Source: the human T2T-CHM13v2.0 reference genome, Homo sapiens
Reading direction: 5' to 3' (one strand)
Length of the DNA: 64,000 nucleotides
NCBI RefSeq assembly: GCF_009914755.1
Contig: NC_060935.1
Under the pieces are notes generated by a model, which saw nothing but the letters and a program-made list of their open reading frames with translations, was not told where the DNA came from and did no database searches. How positions within the stretch are numbered: the stretch's first letter is position 1; each line of letters begins with the position of its first letter. The translations under genes were made by a program, and so were the position numbers. Of this stretch, positions 56,309 to 64,000 are shown in pieces.

Positions 56309-59300
56309 CTAAGAAATTTGAAATCTGTCAATCACTGAGAACCATTGAAGGTTTAATGGCTCAAGCATTAAGCCTCTACCCAGAAATCCATTTGTATAAT
56401 TAGTATGTCAAATTAATTACTCATAAAATAGGAGAAATGGAACATTTTTTAAAAGGAGCAAAACAAATGAAATTCATGCGGATGGTAGTAAAAGAATGTG
56501 TGTGTGTGTACAGTAAGTAATAATAATTGCAAATCCTTACATAAAGGCACAGAATGCAAGTCATTATTCCAAGCACTTTGTATTTCTTAAATAATTTGAA
56601 TTTCACAACTGTCTTAAAGCGTAAACATTATTACTCTTATTCCCATTTCATAAAAAAGAAAGAGGTTGCACAGAGAGAGTCAGCAATTTGTGCAGATTTT
56701 CATGCCTATTACATAGTTGCAGTAGCCTCTAAACCCAGGTAGTGGAAGGTCAAACATTTTGCCAAGTAAAGTTTTAGGTTATATCCACCATTCCATGAAG
56801 GAGCATAGTTCAATCTATACTAGAGAAAGAAAAACTTTGTATAAATTTTGCTGACTTCACAGATTTGTTTTGGGACTCTGTTGAAATCAATGTATAAGAA
56901 CAAGGACTCTCAGGTTCCTTCAACAAGTATGCTATTCTAAAAATTTGGAAGCCAGCACTCACTGTAAATAGAGCGTGTACAATTGTTTGAAGAGTAGTGC
57001 ACAGGGGATAGTTGGGAAATGATTCACCACCAAGCAATTTGCTACCCTCTCTGAGTGTTCAAAAGAAAGGATGGAAATGAATATAATGGAGATGTTTTAG
57101 CCTTATTGGTGGTTTTCTCATCTCTCAAGGGTCTAAGAAAGTAAATGAAACTGAAAAAGCTCTGGGTAAAAAATACATCTGGGTGCCATTCCAATGAGCT
57201 TAAGCCTATATTGTGATAGCTTTGTGTTTTGAAAAGCTTTAGAAGAAAAAAGCTTTGTGGCTATTGAGTTTGGCCAGAGTAGATATCTGTGAGATGGTGA
57301 ACTCTCTTTTATGTTCTACTTCAGATTATTTCACGTTTGCTGCATTAAAATAGCAGATATAAAAACTTTAGATTCTGCTTTTAATCAACAGAATTCTTGA
57401 GAGTTCAGATAAAGCCAAACATTCAAAAACTCTTGTCAAGTTCTTTATTCACTTCATCATATTTATGCACTTGAGGCAACTAGAAAAAATATGGCATTCT
57501 TTATATAATCATAAAAGTAGACATGGGCAAATCTAAAGAGATCTCAAACATATGTAAAAGCCCTCTTTCCTTGTTTTAATATTTTATAGACGGTAGCAAC
57601 TTTAACATTAAAATCTAGAATTATTTCCAAAGGAAATCATAATTATTTGAAAGCAGGAAAACTTGGGATAAACTTGCATCGACAAAATAAGGTAATTAAA
57701 AGTAAGAAAATAATTTAAATCTAATTTCATCCCTTTCTTAAATGCTCATTAAGGATTATGTCAATTAAATGGATACTGTGATAGTAGGTGTTGTGCAAAT
57801 AAAAGATGAACTGAAATAATTTGGGAGATTTAACTGGCAAGTTATCAACCATAAAGAAAGCCTCTGAAATTTGTTTTAATAGTTTTCTGAGCTGTTGAGC
57901 TTTCTAAAGAGAGAAACTTTAATAAATTGTATAGATTCTTGTCCAAACCCCTCATGTTATGGCTAGCCATAAAATTGTTACTCTTTTTTTAAAAATTAAT
58001 GACTCCATTATTTTCAGATTTCTCTGTGTATCAAACAGTTTCTTTAAATAAATGTCAAGTTTTATTAGAGACTTTCTGGTTGTATCTCCTTAACAACACA
58101 TTGAATGAGAACAAATAATCAAGTCCTATGTACCCTTAAGCTTTGGAGGAACCCAGAAAGAAGGCAGAAAAGGGGAAGGGATGGTGCTGTTCACCAGCTA
58201 GGTGTGTACTTTCAAGCAAGTCAAGACACTCTTATGATTTTGCTTTCTCGTCTACAAAGTGTAGATTTAGCCAAGCCTGTCTCTCAGGATTATTTCCTAT
58301 TTCAATTAAGCATTAAATATTTGAAAAGTGTGATCCTAGGCACTGAGGTTGCATGGTAAATAAGACAGACATAATTTTCTGCTTTTTTAAAGCTTATATT
58401 CTAGTGGAAGAGAGAGAAAATGCATAATTAAATAAATAAATGTATAGAATGTCATATTCTATTAAGAAAAATACATTAGGGCAAAAGATCAAGAATATGA
58501 TTTCACCACATATAGTGACCAAGGAAAATGTCTCTGAGAAAATGACATATACCTAACCTATCAAATGTAATTACAGATGTTAAAAAAATAGAGGATTGGA
58601 AATCCTTATATATGCAGACAAGAATACTATAACCCTACTTTTTAGCTGAAAAATATCAAAAGAAAAGTAGAATTTATTTGAAGTTCACCCTTAAGTTCAG
58701 TCAGCTAGGATAGAATGACAAGATACTGTGTTGTACTTCAAAATATAGCCCCTACAAATACTTAAAAGTCAAACAAAAAAACAGCCCCAGGGCTTGTTGC
58801 AATAGTGTTGTCATCCATCTCTCCGAACATTTCAGGGAGATTGCAAACTGAAACAGACTCTCTCCACTGTACAAGAAACAGAGTTACTCTAAGAGAATAT
58901 ATGAATGTTGTTTCACACAGGGGCCTGATGGCTGGTAGTGACAGCTTGGAACAGTTTATTGAGAAGGGGAAAGTGCCTATGTGGGCTCCATTAGTGATGT
59001 ATGCCCTGGGTGTTTGTTAGGGAGATGAATGGTGCCTGACAGACCTTTATTTCCCATTGCTACTCTATAATATCTGTTTAATGCCTATGCTGTCTCTCAG
59101 AGAAAATCTTGCACTTCCCCTTGGCACAATTACACCTATTAAACAAATATTGTGTAAAGTAAAAAAAAAAAAAACAAAAAACTCTATCACTCAGAAGCAT
59201 CACCTTTTTTTTTCCACTGAAAACAGCCTCCCTCTCACCATCCTTATTATAGATGCAAAGCCTCTTTTGTGATAGGGATGTATAATGGTAGCATCTCGGT

Positions 59301-61239
59301 GGGATTAAACAGTACCCTGTGGCTGCCAATAGTCAAGTAGCTTTGCTGATGGTTGCATTGTAATTATCTATTTGCTTCTCTCTCTGATCTCTGGACTGGA
59401 CTTACTGACAAAGGAAAATATGTCCTTCTGTATTCCAAGTGGTCAGCACACCACCATAAGCACTTAACAAATATTTGATGAATGAAAACATGAAGAGCTG
59501 CCATAGAAGTTATCCCTCTGAATGTATGCTGGTGGTGGGAAGAGGAGGAGTTTTCATCATTTTTCTAAACATGATTGCAGCTGCTTTGAGAGCAATCCAA
59601 GAATATGATTTGCCATACAAGACTAATCAGGAAATTCCTTTTATGATCTCATTTTCAGACAGATTAAATATAACTGGCAAGCACAAACTCAGCGTGTAAT
59701 ATCCCATAGGCACTGCAATTGTGAATCCAAGTAGTTTCAAACAAGCACCCAGTAGACAGCCGGCTGCTCTGTTCATTATCAGGAACAAATGCTGAGCCTT
59801 TAGATAGTTTGTCTAGATCCCGGGAATCACAGGCCCAAAGAAGCGTCATAAAGAACACAAATTGGCTCAGACACAACGTCTAATGTAGTCCCCTTTAAAT
59901 TCAAAATACTTTCCCGTTTAATGACAGTTGAAAAATTTAATACATTTGCTTCTATTCTCCCAAAATATTACATTAATTTTATGTGTTTTGTTTTTAATTC
60001 TTTGTTCATGCTTCAGTTATCTTACTTCCATTTTGGCACACAAATTACCATTTTAAATGAATAATTCTAGAGTGAGTCAACTTTTTATAATATGAATCTG
60101 GTACCCTTATTTCATCAGTTTAAGGTTTTCCTTTTGTTAATAAACCAAATTTGTGTTACTCCATTCCTTCCTTCTGTTTTACTGTGGGGAGTCCTGTTTT
60201 TCTGTTTACTTATTTGTTCCTAAAGTCACTGTTGTTAAGTACATACTGGACTAATAAGAGGATCCTCTCATGTTACAAACCTGTCCTCGGTAAGGGGTCC
60301 TCTGTTCGAAATGGCCTCTGTCCACTTTTTCCAAAGGTCTCTGCTCTTTTCATTAGCTGCCTTCTTAAGTTTGTGGACATGCATCCTCCCTCCGGCTGCT
60401 ACTGTTTGTATCAACTATGCTCAATGATCTTTGTTTTTAACGCCTGTAATAACAGCTGAGACCAGATGGCAAATTGTGGTAAAACAGTATTATAGATTTA
60501 GATACAAGCAAAGAGAAGTACAACATAAAATAGAAATAATTTAACATTTCTAATAAATCCTGCATGTCCAACCCTACTTCCGTGGGGATTCTATTGAGAG
60601 CAGGGCCGTTTCCTTGTAACATTTGTCAGCTTTTTCCCCATTCCCAATAGCAATGGTGGTGACAATGCTTTACAGAAGAGTGTCTCCATGCCTGCCTTTT
60701 ACAGCCGCTTTCCTTAGTTGTAACATCTTGGACCCTGACCCTTTCCTAGATACCATTGTTAACAGTAAAATACCCACTTTTTCAGAGAAAAAAAAAAAAA
60801 GCATTATCAATCCACAAGAGTATGGTCTTGTCTAATAACATCCGAAAGAGATCAACTGCTCTCAAATAAAACAAGACAACATCAGTACTTTTAGAATTTT
60901 CTGCCTTATATACCATTTTGTGCATAGTATATGGAGAAAATATCAACAGCCTTATCCTGTTTGAGATTGATGACATCCGGTTTGTTCATGTCCTTATTTG
61001 ATTAGTTTTCCTGTCTTTTTTTATAGGACTCATATTCTTTCATATTTTTCCTTTCTCTTGGCTTTTATCTTTTGACCATGTTATAACTCCACTTTCCCAA
61101 ATCCCAATGGACAAGTAATTTGGAAAAAGTATTTGTGGAACAAGTAACTTGGAAACAGTACCATCTAAATTCTCCTTAGGAAAAGTACCACTACTTCCAA
61201 ATGAGCAACAAAGGAGCAAGAGATGCTTCAGAAACATAT

Positions 61240-61688
61240 TCTTCTCTCATCATTCCTATTCAACCTAGTATCAGAAATTAGCTAGTAGAATAGGAAATAA
61301 AATAAACTAGAAAAGAAAATATAAAACTCTTTCTTTTTGTAGATGTTGTTATTGGTTATTGTCTACATAGAAAATCCAAACGAATCCACAAAAAAGCTCT
61401 AAAGTCTGGTAACTGCTGTGGAAAATCACATAATAAAAGACCAATATATTAAAATCAATTTAACTTCTGTATACTAGCTGGTTGCTGGTATTTCAATTTT
61501 ATTTCAACTGGAAATTGAGATAATAATGAAACAGTACCACTTATAATAGTACCCCCCCAAAAAATCCTTGGATATTACATTAACAAGTATTTTATAGATT
61601 TGTATGGTAAAAATTATGCAAGTCTTACAGAAAAAATAAGGCTTAAACAATTGAGAGATAAATAGTATCCATGTATTGAAAGGATCAG
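61240..61688 (+). mobile_element. Old L1M ORF2 (RT-region) fragment
   Basis: tcctattcaac, aactctttctttttgtagatg, gaaaatccaaacgaatccacaaaaaagct. Confidence 0.7.
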
Positions 61689-61689
61689 C

Positions 61690-64000
61690 GAGGTGCCAAG
61701 ATGGCTAACTAGAAGCATCTAGTGCACACCACTCTCACAGAGAGAAAGGAGAGAAAGGAGAGAGAGAGTGGCGAGTAAACAGTAGCTTTTTAAGTGGATC
61801 ATTGACTAGGCCATGTTGGGATGCACCAAGGAAGCAATAGCAGCTAACAAAGAGCAGGAAAGAGCAAGGCAAGACAGCCACCTCCCTAGGATTGGTGCAT
61901 AAGCAAGGAAGGTTTCCCATCACAGGGAAAGGGTGAGTGAGTGAGAGCCCTGGGGGATTTACACTTCTGCCAAGGACCTTTGCAATCCTGGGCACAGGAA
62001 ATCCCGCTACCCTCACCCCTGGGGCCTCCAGACCGACACAGAGAGCTGCATGGAGTCTGGGCAGAGCTGCTGCCTAGGATCATGTGGAACCCCAAGGGTC
62101 TTAGATCCTTAAGCACCCCAGCACCAGCTGCTATAGCTCTGCCAACAAGCAAGGCTAGGCTCTCTCACATACCCCCAGGATAGGAGCTGCATCCATGTTG
62201 CCAAGGAGCAGACAGAAGAAAGGCCTTGCCTCTGCTGTACCTCACCAGGCAAGGCCCACTGTCCTTGGACCCCAGGGTGGCCACCCTACCCCTACCTGAG
62301 CATTTGAGTTGGTTGGAGCTCTGCATTTCTCAAGGACAGAGCTCCCAGAGGTAACTGATAGGCCTGCAGTGTTTGCACTGCTGAGGCCCCTGCCCTTGCT
62401 GCCCTCAGGCAGGGAAGGAAGCAAAGAGCCCAAGAACTTTCTTGGGCCTCCAGCGTGCTGCATACAGAAAAGTGGCCAGTCTCTTTTCTTTGTAGGTCCC
62501 TGTGCCTGCTGTTCCTCACTGGGCAGGACCTCCCAACCTGGGCCCCTAGTGCAGCTGCTCTAGCCCCACCTGATCACTTCAGTCAGTGATGGCTCTGCAA
62601 TACTCTGGGGTGAAATTCCCAGAGAACTCTGACAGGATCTCTGTCATTGTCACTGCAGCAATACCCACCCTTGCTGCCCTTGGACTGGGAAATAAAGAAA
62701 GACCCTGATCACTTTGCTTATACCTCTAGCATGCTATAGCTACCATACAGAGGGGAGGCCAGACTCTTTAATTTGTGAGTCCCTGGACCCTGCTCTTCAC
62801 CAGGCAAGTCCCCTGGTTTGGATCCCGCAGTGCAACTGCCCTACCTCTGGTTGAACATCCCCACTGGCAGTGGATTTGTGTCTCTCTAAGGTGGAGCCAG
62901 AAGCAACTGACAGCCCCTCTGCCATTGCCACTGTCCAGGTTACTGACCCTGCTGCCCCCAAGATGGGGAGGGAACAAAAAGCCTGAGATCACCCAAGAGC
63001 TGCAGTGTGCAGCCTGAGTGCCAGGCTTGAATGGAAGAGGAGCCCACACTTTCAGAGCACTGAGAAGTAGCACAGTTGCAAATGCAAGAAAGTATTACAC
63101 ATAGGAACCACGAAGCTGAGTAAGAGCCTACCTACTGCCTATTACATTTAAGCACCATCTACTGAATTAAATCTCAAACTATAACACCAAAAATAATTTG
63201 CTAATATCCCTTCCTGTGAAAAACAACATCAAGATTTCAGCCACAATAAAGACCCTGCAAAAAACCTTTGCCCTCTGAAAACATCCAGAAATGAAGCCAA
63301 ATGACTGTACTCAATTTATAATTACAGTTAAAAGAACATCAGCTCACACACATGAAAAAGAACCAGCATAAGAACTGTGGCGACTCTAAAAGCCAGAGTG
63401 TCTTCTGACCTCCATACACCACACTGGTTTCCCCACAATGATTCTTAACATGAATGAAATGGCTGAAATGACGCCATAGAATTCAGAATCTGGATGGCAA
63501 TGAAGATCATTGACATTAAAGAAAGTGCTGAAATCCAACTCAAGAAATCTAAGGAATTTAATAACACAGTTCCAGACATGAAAGACAAAACAGCGTTTTT
63601 AGGAAAGAACAAAACTGATCTGATAGAGCTGAAAAACTCACAACAAAAATTGCATAATACAACTGGAATTATTAACACCAGCATGGACCAAGCTGAGGAA
63701 ACAATCTCAGATCTTGAAGACCCTTTGAATCAACTCAATCAGACAAAAATAAAGAGAAAAAAATTTGTAAATGAACAAAATGTCTTGGAAATATGGGGTT
63801 ATATAAAGAGACCAAACATACAACTCATTGGCATCCCTGAGAGAGAAGGAGAGAGACCAAATAACTTGTAAAATGTATCTGAAGATATGGTCCACAGAAA
63901 TTTCCCTAACCTCATGAGAGGTAGACTCTCACATTCCAGAAATTCAGAGAATCCCTGAGAAATATGATAAAAGATTGACAATCCCAAGACACATAGTCAT
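61690..64000 (+). mobile_element. Older primate L1 (L1PB/L1M1-like) 5' UTR and decayed ORF1, running off the window
   Basis: Starts with the YY1 motif CAAGATGGC; ~1.75-kb GC-richer UTR; ORF1 coiled-coil peptide ending EIWGYIKRPNIQLIGIPERE (63494-63871). Confidence 0.85.

Overview
Gene-poor, AT-rich human genomic DNA; an AluYa5 carrying all five diagnostic positions indicates a human origin. It is dominated by transposable elements, and I find no credible host protein-coding exon, RNA gene or CRISPR array. The main element is a minus-strand HERV9/LTR12 provirus (2075-11011, 4-bp TSD CTAA) with a tRNA-Arg-type PBS, a PPT, decayed gag and pro-pol, no integrase, and an internally deleted env that keeps the TM subunit. 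The rest is solo LTRs (MER41-, MER52-, MER4-, MER31/67-like, MaLR, MLT2), Alus, L1/L2/MIR fragments, a MER44 and simple repeats. The structures these annotations do not explain are local rearrangement scars: (1) a 132-bp, 98.5%-identical inverted duplication (15806-15937 / 17353-17484) with fold-back hairpins at its junctions; (2) an older ~105-bp inverted duplication (40124-40225 / 40781-40894); (3) a cluster at 50.4-52.4 kb with a 23-bp perfect-arm hairpin, a 174-bp tandem duplication and an older dispersed 72-bp copy. I found no evidence of a new protein-based system. Repeat subfamily names are from recall of consensus motifs and need Dfam/RepeatMasker confirmation.
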